Below are positions 17,287 through 25,776 of a DNA stretch of 64,000 nucleotides, piece after piece; position 1 is the first letter of the stretch, and each line of letters opens with the position of its first letter. The stretch is from Thermoplasmata archaeon (GTDB lineage: Archaea; Thermoplasmatota; Thermoplasmata; Lutacidiplasmatales; UBA184): assembly GCA_021790425.1 (NCBI GenBank), contig JAJYEA010000007.1, positions 696-64,695 of the forward strand, written 5' to 3'. The notes beneath the pieces are model-generated. The model saw only the letters and a list, made by a program, of their open reading frames with translations. It was not told the DNA's origin and searched no databases. A program made the translations under genes and the position numbers.

Positions 17287-17823
17287 CACGAGGAAGAGCC
17301 CCGCGGGGAGCAAGATGGCCGCGGAGGGCAGGAAGGGGGACAGGAGGAGTGCCGCGAGGGTACCTACCACCGCCGCCCGGCCCAAGACCTCCCGGTCGTG
17401 GGCCTTCTCCTGGAGCAGGTAGGTCCCGAGGAGCAGCGAGCTCAGGAGGCAGGTCGCGAGCAGCATCCCGTAGAGCACCCAGGTCAGGACAGGGCTCACG
17501 AAGGGGAGGATGTAGCTGTCCACCACCTGCGGGAAGAAGAGGAACAGGATCGAGAGCCCCGCGGTGAAGGTGAAGAGGAAGATCGGCAGGGCCGGGATCA
17601 CGTTCACGGTGCAGGGTTCGACACAGTAGCCCCGCCGGAGCAGCGCGGGCTCGTGGAGGCAGGTACGGCAGAACTCCCGCTTGTGCGGGACTCCGTGGCG
17701 GCTCGCCCGCCAGAGGAAGACGGCCAGGGTCGTGGAGAAGCACCCGCTGATCAGGAGGGGGAGCGCCACGATCCAGAGATTGTCCCAGGCGATGACGAGC
17801 GCGCCGGCCACGGGGGATAACAT
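17131..17823 (-). CDS. Polytopic membrane protein with CxxC motifs (DUF2085-like)
   Basis: Start MLSPVAG. HKREFCRTCLHEP...GYCVEPC, then four or more TM helices. Confidence 0.6.
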   Translation of the reverse strand: MLSPVAGALVIAWDNLWIVALPLLISGCFSTTLAVFLWRASRHGVPHKREFCRTCLHEPALLRRGYCVEPCTVNVIPALPIFLFTFTAGLSILFLFFPQVVDSYILPFVSPVLTWVLYGMLLATCLLSSLLLGTYLLQEKAHDREVLGRAAVVGTLAALLLSPFLPSAAILLPAGLFLVLLAVGVELRARHGQALLGLRTIGFATIPLFLMTLVGLLRILDILRFAGMSF

Positions 17824-17939
17824 GGGCAATCGGCCAGATATAGACTGCCCGGGAGGGATGCGCACGAGGTTCCCGCGGGTTCCGTAGTCTCCGTCCCGAC
17901 GTGCAGGATATCTACTCCTCCCGGATGGACGGCGTAACG

Positions 17940-20072
17940 ATGTCGAGAACGAGCGCCACCTCGGTCCCGTCGGGCACCCGCGAAGGTGCGTGGCGGCTGG
18001 CCGCGGCACCGTCGGTCTACCTCCGCGAGGCGGCGCACCAGCGGGTCAACTGGTTCCCCTGGGGCGAGGAGGCCTTCGGGGAGGCGAAGCGCAGCCGGAG
18101 GCCGATCCTGCTCGACATCGGGGCATCCTGGTGCCACTGGTGTCACGTGATGGACGAGGGGACCTACTCGGACCCCGAGGTCGTGCGCCTGATCAACGAG
18201 TTCTTCGTCCCTGTCAAGGTCGACCGGGACCAGCACCCCGAGATCGACCGGCGCTACCAGCGGGACGTGAACCTTCTCACGGGGGGCGGTGGCTGGCCGC
18301 TCACGGCCTTCCTGACCCCCGACGGGGAGACGCTGCTTGGAGGCACCTACTTCCCGCCGCGCGACCAGGGGAGCCACCCTGGCATGGTCCGGGTGCTGCG
18401 CGAGGTCTCCCGGCTGTGGCGGGAGGAGCCCGCATCGCTCCGGCAGAACCAGCACGCCCTGCAGCAGGCCATCGAACGGATGGAAGGCTCCCGGCACCCC
18501 GAGAAGGGTGACGACCTGGTGGGGGCCGCGGAAGCCATCGCGCTCCGCCTCGACGAGGCGTTCGACCGGACGAATGGCGGGTTCGGGAGTGCTCCCAAGT
18601 TCCCCCATCCCACGGCCCTGTCGCTCCTGCTGGCGCACGCCCGGAAGTCGGGCGACGAGTCCCACGCCCAATTCGCCGCACTCACCCTGCGGAAGATGGC
18701 CGAGGGTGGGGTGTACGACCAGCTGGGGGGTGGGTTCCACCGGTACTCGGTGGACGAGGGCTGGCACATTCCCCACTTCGAGAAGATGGCGATCGACAAC
18801 GCCCACCTCCTGGGCGCATACTCCGAAGCCGCGGAGTATTTCGGGGTCGACCCGTTCCGTCCGGTGATCGAGGGGATCCTCCGGCACTGCCTGGTCGATC
18901 TTCGACCTCAGGGCTCGAAAGGGTTCGCCGCCAGCGTCGACGCCGACAGCGGACCTGAGGACGACGGAAGCTACTACACCTGGAGCAAGGAACAGCTCCG
19001 TACCATCCTTTCCCCCGACGAGCTCCGCACCGTCCAGTGGAGGTTCGGCCTGGGCGCGGACGGTTCGATGCCGACGGACCCGGAGCAGAACGTCCTCTAC
19101 CAGCTGTTCTCCCCGCGAGAGGTCGCAGAAAAGAAGAAAAAGGAGGTGCCGGAGGTCGAGTCCCTCCTCGAGACCGCCGTCGCCAAGATGGTCGCCGAAC
19201 GCGGGAAACGTCCCCCGCCCGCGGTGGACCCCGCCGTATACTCCTCCCTCAACGGGTGGTTGATCGGCTCCTTTGCCCGGGCAGGTAGGGTCCTTGGCCG
19301 GGCGGACGTCATCGAGTCTGCGGGAGAGGCCGCCGACCTCGTCCTGGGCTCATCGTATTCGGTGGAGCGGGGCGTCGCCCACCGTGTCGCCCCCGACGGC
19401 CCGGCGGGCTGGGGGCTCCTGGAGGACCAGGTCGCGATGGCTTCCGGGCTCCTCGAACTTGCCGAGGTCACCGGGGTCCCTCGCTATCTGGAGGGGGGGC
19501 GCGCGCTCCTGGATCTCCTCTTCCGGGAGTTCCTGGTCCCGGAGACCGGGCTCCTGCGCGACGTGGCCCCCGGGCTCTACGACGGGGGGAGGAGACCGCA
19601 GGTGGCGGACGTTCCCAGCTATCCACTGGAGGACAGCCCCCACCTTTCCGCGAACGCCGGTGCCGCCCTCGCGTGGATCCACCTCTCCGACCTCACGGAG
19701 GACCCGGCCCCGCTCGAGAAGGCGCGATCCCTGCTGCGGGCCATGACCGGTCGTGTCCACGACGCGGGGCTCTTCGCAGCCGGAACCGCGCTCGCGGTGC
19801 TCCGGGCGGAGGTCCCTCCGGTACGGATCGTGGTCGAGGGAAAAGGAAAGGAGGCAGAGGCGCTCTACCGAGTGGCCGTGTCCTCGTATCACCCCCGCAA
19901 GGTGGTCTTCCGCGGGAGACCGACGGCGCCCTTCGCGATGCCTGATGAAGCGTCGGCCGTATCGGGGAGCGCTCGTGGAGGTGCCCGGGCACTTCTCTGT
20001 CGCGGCACAACGTGTCTCCCGCCATTCACCACCTCCGACGCGCTTGCGGCGGCCATCCGGCAGCAGGCATAG
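17940..20072 (+). CDS. Thioredoxin-domain protein of the YyaL/DUF255 family (thioredoxin-like N-domain plus (alpha/alpha)6 barrel)
   Basis: N-terminal WFPWGEEAF...KRSRRPILLDIGASWCHWCHVM, then a long alpha-rich domain. About 710 aa, typical of the family. Confidence 0.85.
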   Translation: MSRTSATSVPSGTREGAWRLAAAPSVYLREAAHQRVNWFPWGEEAFGEAKRSRRPILLDIGASWCHWCHVMDEGTYSDPEVVRLINEFFVPVKVDRDQHPEIDRRYQRDVNLLTGGGGWPLTAFLTPDGETLLGGTYFPPRDQGSHPGMVRVLREVSRLWREEPASLRQNQHALQQAIERMEGSRHPEKGDDLVGAAEAIALRLDEAFDRTNGGFGSAPKFPHPTALSLLLAHARKSGDESHAQFAALTLRKMAEGGVYDQLGGGFHRYSVDEGWHIPHFEKMAIDNAHLLGAYSEAAEYFGVDPFRPVIEGILRHCLVDLRPQGSKGFAASVDADSGPEDDGSYYTWSKEQLRTILSPDELRTVQWRFGLGADGSMPTDPEQNVLYQLFSPREVAEKKKKEVPEVESLLETAVAKMVAERGKRPPPAVDPAVYSSLNGWLIGSFARAGRVLGRADVIESAGEAADLVLGSSYSVERGVAHRVAPDGPAGWGLLEDQVAMASGLLELAEVTGVPRYLEGGRALLDLLFREFLVPETGLLRDVAPGLYDGGRRPQVADVPSYPLEDSPHLSANAGAALAWIHLSDLTEDPAPLEKARSLLRAMTGRVHDAGLFAAGTALAVLRAEVPPVRIVVEGKGKEAEALYRVAVSSYHPRKVVFRGRPTAPFAMPDEASAVSGSARGGARALLCRGTTCLPPFTTSDALAAAIRQQA

Positions 20073-20221
20073 TCGACCCGGCCCGGAAGGATGGGCCACC
20101 CTTGGACGAAGCCCAGCGCTTGCGTGAAGCCGTCGATCAGGTCGCGAGGGTCCCGTAAGGTTCCCGAGCAGTGGCGGGCCACCCTCAGGCAGAGGCCCCG
20201 AATGTCCTCGCGCGAACCGAC

Positions 20222-22348
20222 CTACCAGTGAAGCCCCGAGAGGTACCCGAACAGGTTGTGGCTGACGACCAGCGTGACGAAGAGGATGCTGATCGTGTTC
20301 ACGACCTTGATCAGCGGGTTGATGGCCGGCCCGGCGGTGTCCTTCGTCGCGTCGCCCACGGTGTCCCCGACGACCGCGGCCTTGTGCGGCTCGGACTTCT
20401 TGCCGCCGAAGTGCCCCATCTCGATGTACTTCTTCCCGTTGTCCCAGGCCCCTCCGCCCACCGTCATGAAGACGGCCAGGGGAAGCCCCGAGAGGATGAC
20501 GCCGAAGAGGAGTCCGCTCACCGCGATGGGCCCCAGGAGGAACCCGACCGCCAGCGGCGTGATGACGGCGATCGCCGCAGGGAGGGCCAGCTCGCTGATG
20601 GCCGTCTTGGTGACGATGTCGACGCAGGGCCCGTACTCGGGCTTTCCGGTCCCCTCCATGATCCCCTTGATCGTCCGGAACTGGCGGCGCACTTCCTCGA
20701 CGACGGCCTGGGCCGCCGTGCCCACCGCGCGCATCAGGAAGGCGGTGAAGAAGAAGGGAAGGGTCGCGCCAATCAGGAGCCCGACGATCACGAGGGGCTG
20801 GTTGACGGCGAGGTCCCCGAGCGCGATCCCGCTCCCGCCGACCGCCGCCGAGGCCGCCTGGTAGTAGGCGGCGAAGAGGACGAGGGCACCGAGCGCGGCC
20901 GATCCCACGGCGTATCCCTTGGTGACCGCCTTCGTGGTGTTCCCGACGGCGTCGAGCGGGTCCGTGATCTCGCGGGCCTCCTTCGGGAGTTCCGCCATCT
21001 CGGCGATCCCTCCCGCGTTGTCCGTGATCGGGCCGAAGGCATCGATCGAGATGATCATGCCGGTGGCCGAGAGCATGGAGGCGGCGGCGAGCCCGATCCC
21101 GTAGAGACCAAAGTGGACGGGAGAGACACCGGCCGGAGCCGCCAGGTACATCACGCTGTAGGAGGTGATGATCCCGCCCACGATGGCGAGGGCAGGGACC
21201 AAGGCGGCCTCGAGGCCGACGCTCATCCCCTCGATCACGACCGGGCCAGCGCCCCGCTGGGCTGCCTCCGCGATCGAGGTCACCGGGCGACGCCCGGTGC
21301 CGGTGTAGTAGTCCGTAGAGAAGACGATCACGATCATGACGATCAGCCCGACCGCGCCCGCCACGAAGACCCCGACCCAGGCGGGGCCCATCAGGAGGTA
21401 GGACAGTACTCCAATGCCGGCGATGCCCACGACGACCGTGGCAATGAACCCCTTGTACAGGGCGCCCATGATTGTCCCTCCTTCCGACATGCGGACGAAG
21501 GGGAAGGCAACGAGGGTCGCGACGATCGACCAGGCCGAGATGATGAGCGGGAAGAGGACCGCCCACGCGAAGGTGTTCTTGACATCCGCGAGCAGGTAGG
21601 CGAGGAGCATCGTGGAGACGGCCGTGACGACATAGGTCTCGAAGAGGTCCGCCGCCATGCCCGCACAGTCTCCCACGTTGTCGCCGACGTTGTCGGCGAT
21701 GACCGCCGGGTTCCGGGGGTCGTCCTCGGGGATCCCCGCCTCGACCTTGCCCACCAGGTCGGCGCCGACGTCCGCACCCTTGGTGTAGATCCCGCCTCCG
21801 ACCCGCGCGAAGAGGCTCATCAGGGAGGCGCCGAAGATGAACCCGACCATCTCCATGATGTTGCCGCCGAAGCCCACATAGAAGCCGACAAGGCCGAGGA
21901 GGGCGAATCCGGCCACCGAGAGTCCAGTGACCGAGCCGCCGCGGAAGGCGAAGCGCATGGCGGGGTCGAGCTTGCCCCCACGGGCAACCCCGGCCGTTCG
22001 CACGTTGGCGCGCACGCTCACGTACATGCCCAGGTACCCAGCGAGGGCGCTGCCCACGGTCCCCACGACGAACCCGAGGGCGAGGTGGGGGCTGAACATG
22101 GGGTCGGAGGGGGTGTAGAGGCCCACGAGAATGAGCACGGTGAGGACGACCCCCACGATGGCCGCGGTCTTGTACTCCCGCGTCAGGAAGGCCTCGGCTC
22201 CCTCCCGGATGGCCTTCGCGATGGACTTCATCTTCTCTGTTCCCTCGTCCTCCCGGAAGACGAGATAGGTCTGGAGCCCGGCGACCGCCAAAGCCGCAAT
22301 CGCAGCGAGGAAGATCAGCGCCTCTACTAGGGCCACATCCACCGTCAT
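20222..22348 (-). CDS. hppA: Membrane-bound proton/sodium-translocating pyrophosphatase (V-type H+-PPase)
   Basis: 708 aa and polytopic. The conserved motifs GGG(I)YTKGADVGADLVGKVE, DNVGDNVGDCAGMAADLFE and GDTVGD are present. Confidence 0.95.
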   Translation of the reverse strand: MTVDVALVEALIFLAAIAALAVAGLQTYLVFREDEGTEKMKSIAKAIREGAEAFLTREYKTAAIVGVVLTVLILVGLYTPSDPMFSPHLALGFVVGTVGSALAGYLGMYVSVRANVRTAGVARGGKLDPAMRFAFRGGSVTGLSVAGFALLGLVGFYVGFGGNIMEMVGFIFGASLMSLFARVGGGIYTKGADVGADLVGKVEAGIPEDDPRNPAVIADNVGDNVGDCAGMAADLFETYVVTAVSTMLLAYLLADVKNTFAWAVLFPLIISAWSIVATLVAFPFVRMSEGGTIMGALYKGFIATVVVGIAGIGVLSYLLMGPAWVGVFVAGAVGLIVMIVIVFSTDYYTGTGRRPVTSIAEAAQRGAGPVVIEGMSVGLEAALVPALAIVGGIITSYSVMYLAAPAGVSPVHFGLYGIGLAAASMLSATGMIISIDAFGPITDNAGGIAEMAELPKEAREITDPLDAVGNTTKAVTKGYAVGSAALGALVLFAAYYQAASAAVGGSGIALGDLAVNQPLVIVGLLIGATLPFFFTAFLMRAVGTAAQAVVEEVRRQFRTIKGIMEGTGKPEYGPCVDIVTKTAISELALPAAIAVITPLAVGFLLGPIAVSGLLFGVILSGLPLAVFMTVGGGAWDNGKKYIEMGHFGGKKSEPHKAAVVGDTVGDATKDTAGPAINPLIKVVNTISILFVTLVVSHNLFGYLSGLHW

Positions 22349-22384
22349 GTTGTCACTTCGTCGGGCCCCGACCTGAGAGGGCTC

Positions 22385-22888
22385 TTAAGTCTTGCTGGGG
22401 GAATTCTCCGTGAGCCGCATGGACTCCCGTGCATGTTCCCTAAGATGGCGGAGGACGGCTAGGATGATCAGGGCCAGGAGCCCGTCCACCACGAATGTCA
22501 CCCAGTAGAAGGGAAAGTACTGGGAGGAGCGCTGGGAGAGGGCTACTCCCAAGGCGGTCAGGCTCGACGTGATCTTCAGTACGAGCAAGACAATGAGGTA
22601 GGCCGTCGGGTGGTCCGGCTCGCGTGCCGCGAGCACGCTGGAGACCCCCGCCCCCACCATGTAGGCCGCGGTGAAGACGAGCCACCCGTAGAACGGCGCC
22701 GAAGGGCCGCCCGCGGTGACCGCCGTTCCCGAGGTGCCCAGGGTCCGGTCGACGAAGCCCACGACCCAGTCGGGGGCCGCGAAGTAGAGCGCCCCGAAGG
22801 CGAAGAAGAGCGCGCCGAGGAAGTAGAGGATCACCGAGGACGGCAGGCAGATGGGAAACCAGGCGGAGCGGCGCGGGGTCTCGGTCAT
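22385..22888 (-). CDS. Small 4-TM membrane protein (hypothetical)
   Basis: 167 aa with four hydrophobic helices; it overlaps the downstream GMC oxidoreductase gene end by 4 nt. Confidence 0.5.
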   Translation of the reverse strand: MTETPRRSAWFPICLPSSVILYFLGALFFAFGALYFAAPDWVVGFVDRTLGTSGTAVTAGGPSAPFYGWLVFTAAYMVGAGVSSVLAAREPDHPTAYLIVLLVLKITSSLTALGVALSQRSSQYFPFYWVTFVVDGLLALIILAVLRHLREHARESMRLTENSPSKT

Positions 22889-24780
22889 CCGGCTCCCACG
22901 CCTTGCTTCACCCAGCGGTCCGCGTGCTGCTCCGCCAGGGCGATGATGGAGATCATGGGATTCACGGTCGGCGAGCCCGGCAAGAGGCTCGCGTCGGAGA
23001 CGAAGAGCCCCTCGGTCCCCCAGACCCGGCCCTCCGGGTCCACGGCTCCGAGCTCGGGTTCCCCTGCCATGCGTGCGGTCCCGAGCGGGTGGAAGGCAAA
23101 AAGGTGTAGGGAGGAGGGACGGGGAGGGGATTTCTCGAGCTCGCGGAGTGCCCCCTCGTCCCGAACGACCCGGCCGCCTCCGAGCGGAAGGTAGACCCGC
23201 TTTGATCCCGCGGCGAGGAGCACCCGGCCCGCGAGCGCCATGGCGGCCCCGACCCGAAGGAGGTCCTCGGGGGTCAGGTCATAGCGCATGGTGCCCCGAC
23301 CCGCCAGGGTCGGGAGGAGTCGTCCCTCGCCCTCCTCGCTCACCATCCCTCCGAGGATCGCCAGGTGGGAGAGTCGCGGGAGGAATGCCTTGTACTCCGG
23401 GCCCGAGAGCGGCAGGAGCCCGGCCGTGCTCACCAGCCCCCGGGGCTGGAACGTCGCCTCGAGAAGGATCCGGCGGCTCCGGTCCTCGATGTAGTACGAC
23501 TGTAGCACTCCTTCCCAGCCTTGGACGCGCCGGTCCAGCTCCCCCGCCACCTCGAACGAGGGATGGAGCCGCAGGTGTCGGCCCCGGTGACGCCGGGCCC
23601 GGCGGTCGCCCGAGGGGGGAAGCAGGTACGGGGTGTGGAGCGCCCCCGCCGACAGGACGACGTTCCGCGCGCGCACCACGACCGGGATCCCCGCGGCTCC
23701 CCCGGAGCCTCCCCGGACGACGCCCTCCACGGCCCACCGCCACTCCCCTTCCCGCAGCGGGCGGACCCGCCGCACCTGGGTGCGGGAGGCGATCCGGGCC
23801 CCGGCCGCGAGCGCGCGCGGGAGATAGCTCAGGGCCATGCTCCGCTTCGCGTCGGTGGGGCAGCCGAGCACGCACTCGTCGGAGCCCCGGCATCCGGGCG
23901 CAGGTCGCCGGATGATGCCGTGGTCCGGGAGCCGGAGCGCGGAGGCCCCGACCCTCGCGACCTCCGCGTTCTGTCCGAGGATGGCCGCGTCGGGGATCCC
24001 CACCTGGAGGAAACGTTCGACCCGCTCGAAGTAGGGGTCGAGTTGGGCCAGGCTCACGTTGGGGAGCCGCAGGCCCTTTTCCCACTCGTGGAGCACTGGC
24101 TCGGGAGTGCGGAAGCAGCTCCCCGAATTGAAGACCGTGGTGCCGCCGACGGCCGCGGCCTCGACCACCTGGACCATCGGTCGGCCCATCGTGACGAGCA
24201 CGCCGTTCCCGCGGTAGTAGTCGACCATCCGCCCGAGCGGGTTCCCCTGGAACTGGTCGCGACCGTACGATCCCCCTTCCTCGAGGACGAGCACGTCCCA
24301 GCCGGCCTCGGCGAGGAGGGCGGCCACGGGGGCCCCTCCGGCCCCGCTCCCGATGATGCACGCGTCGCACGTGAGCGTTGTCGTCACACCGACACCGGTC
24401 ATGTCGATCGTCCGGGGAGCCGGTGCCACTGGGGGGAGGGGAGTCGCCGCGGGAAGCGGGGCCAGCGTCACCCCGAGGAGGTCCCGGAACGGGGGGGTGT
24501 ACGAGTAGAGCCCTTCGAGGAGGTGCTTCATCAGCAGGGGGAGCGCTCCGGCGAGCCCTCCCCGGTCCATCCACGATTCCAGGGCCTTGGCCGCGGCCTC
24601 CGGGTCGGCCCGGGAGAGTCTCCGGCCGGCCGACGAGAAGAAGGGCTCCGCCTCGCAGACGGCCGTCGCGAGCCGGACGAGGAGGCGCGTATCGACCGAT
24701 CCCCGCGAGACGAGATCCTCGAACTGTTTCGGGACGCCCAGCGAGCGGGCGCCAGCGGGGAGGGGGCCTCCGTCGGGCAT
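22885..24780 (-). CDS. GMC-family FAD-dependent oxidoreductase with a ~90-aa N-terminal extension
   Basis: Rossmann fold DACIIGSGAGGAPVAALLAEAGWDVLVLEEG and the GMC C-terminal signature HPLGTARMAG...GLFVSDASLLPGSPTVNPMISIIALAE. The start is chosen at MPDGG (24780), just after the SRPBCC stop. Confidence 0.75.
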   Translation of the reverse strand: MPDGGPLPAGARSLGVPKQFEDLVSRGSVDTRLLVRLATAVCEAEPFFSSAGRRLSRADPEAAAKALESWMDRGGLAGALPLLMKHLLEGLYSYTPPFRDLLGVTLAPLPAATPLPPVAPAPRTIDMTGVGVTTTLTCDACIIGSGAGGAPVAALLAEAGWDVLVLEEGGSYGRDQFQGNPLGRMVDYYRGNGVLVTMGRPMVQVVEAAAVGGTTVFNSGSCFRTPEPVLHEWEKGLRLPNVSLAQLDPYFERVERFLQVGIPDAAILGQNAEVARVGASALRLPDHGIIRRPAPGCRGSDECVLGCPTDAKRSMALSYLPRALAAGARIASRTQVRRVRPLREGEWRWAVEGVVRGGSGGAAGIPVVVRARNVVLSAGALHTPYLLPPSGDRRARRHRGRHLRLHPSFEVAGELDRRVQGWEGVLQSYYIEDRSRRILLEATFQPRGLVSTAGLLPLSGPEYKAFLPRLSHLAILGGMVSEEGEGRLLPTLAGRGTMRYDLTPEDLLRVGAAMALAGRVLLAAGSKRVYLPLGGGRVVRDEGALRELEKSPPRPSSLHLFAFHPLGTARMAGEPELGAVDPEGRVWGTEGLFVSDASLLPGSPTVNPMISIIALAEQHADRWVKQGVGAG

Positions 24781-24815
24781 CCACACGTCGCAGAGGGACT
24801 CGAGGGTCGAGCGCG

Positions 24816-25265
24816 TCACCGTTCCACCAGCGAGGCGGCCTTCGCCAGGGAGCCCTCCATCTGCGGCCGGAGCCGACGATGGAGCACCAGACGGTCGATC
24901 AGCCAGCCGAGAGGACCGCCCCTGAGGGCGTAGTCCACACCGAACGTGACACGGGTCCCTGCGGCGGTCGCTTCGAACTGTCCCCAGTCCTCGAACCTGT
25001 GGAACGGCCCCTCTCCCGGCACCAGCCGGTCCCGGAAGACACGGGGAGGGTCCCACGCCGTGACCTCCTGGGTCCAAGCGTACGAGCGACGTCCGACCTC
25101 GGCCTGGACCCGGAGCCGGGAGCCCACCCGGATCGGCGGGGCCGTTTCGTGATGGGCGGACACCACCGAGAGATGCCACTGGGGGGCGTTGTCACCGTTG
25201 GCGATGAGCTCGAAGACCCGCTCGCATGGGGCGGCGATCGTGCGCTGGACCTCGACCCGACCCAC
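24816..25265 (-). CDS. SRPBCC (START/Bet v1/polyketide-cyclase-like) ligand-binding protein
   Basis: VEVQRTIAAPCERVFELIANGDNAPQWH...EATAAGTRVTFGVDY, an arrangement typical of Polyketide_cyc2. A GTG start is inferred ~14 nt after the thioredoxin stop. Confidence 0.6.
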   Translation of the reverse strand: MGRVEVQRTIAAPCERVFELIANGDNAPQWHLSVVSAHHETAPPIRVGSRLRVQAEVGRRSYAWTQEVTAWDPPRVFRDRLVPGEGPFHRFEDWGQFEATAAGTRVTFGVDYALRGGPLGWLIDRLVLHRRLRPQMEGSLAKAASLVER

Positions 25266-25279
25266 GGTTCCGGATCTCC

Positions 25280-25606
25280 CTAGCGGAAGGCTTCCTTCAG
25301 GGCCACCACGTCCTTCTCGACGAGACCGACGCCGGCGACCCCATCCTTTCTCCACACGGGCGCGCCGTTCCGGAAGGCGATCAGGACGGGAACCACGTCG
25401 AGGTTGAACTTCGACCAGAGGGGGTTCTCCATCTCCGTGACATCCCCCCACGCCACCGAGAAGGGCGCGTTCCCCTCGAGCTTGGCGAAGTGGTTGCGGC
25501 GGAAGCCCATGCAGAAGCGGCACCAGTCGGCGCCGAAGCAGACCGCCCAGTCCCCGGGGCGCGTCAGCCGGTCCCCATCGAAATCCTTCGCCGTCAGTGT
25601 GTCCAT
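25280..25606 (-). CDS. Thioredoxin-like protein (WCRFC active site)
   Basis: 108 aa; CxxC in a thioredoxin-fold context (AVCFGADWCRFC...VVPVLIAF). Confidence 0.7.
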   Translation of the reverse strand: MDTLTAKDFDGDRLTRPGDWAVCFGADWCRFCMGFRRNHFAKLEGNAPFSVAWGDVTEMENPLWSKFNLDVVPVLIAFRNGAPVWRKDGVAGVGLVEKDVVALKEAFR

Positions 25607-25776
25607 GGTTCCCTAAGGAGGTCCGCGGCTATAAGTCGGATTCGGTCGGGGCGCGGCCCCCGCTCCTCACAGGTTCCGCTTATAGCACATCGACCCTATG
25701 CAGCGTGGGCCGCCCTCCGACCCACGCTCGACCCTGGAGCCACGGGATGCGAGTATCGGCTCAACGAGATACGAGC

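Noticed and set aside
19350-21566. 738-aa minus-strand ORF spanning the yyaL 3' end and the hppA region
   Set aside because: It overlaps two well-supported genes in wrong frames and orientation; R/G/H-rich.
20171-22330. 719-aa ORF on the + strand
   Set aside because: Exact antisense of the unmistakable H+-pyrophosphatase gene. The composition is D/E/G/R/H-rich low complexity, typical of high-GC antisense frames.
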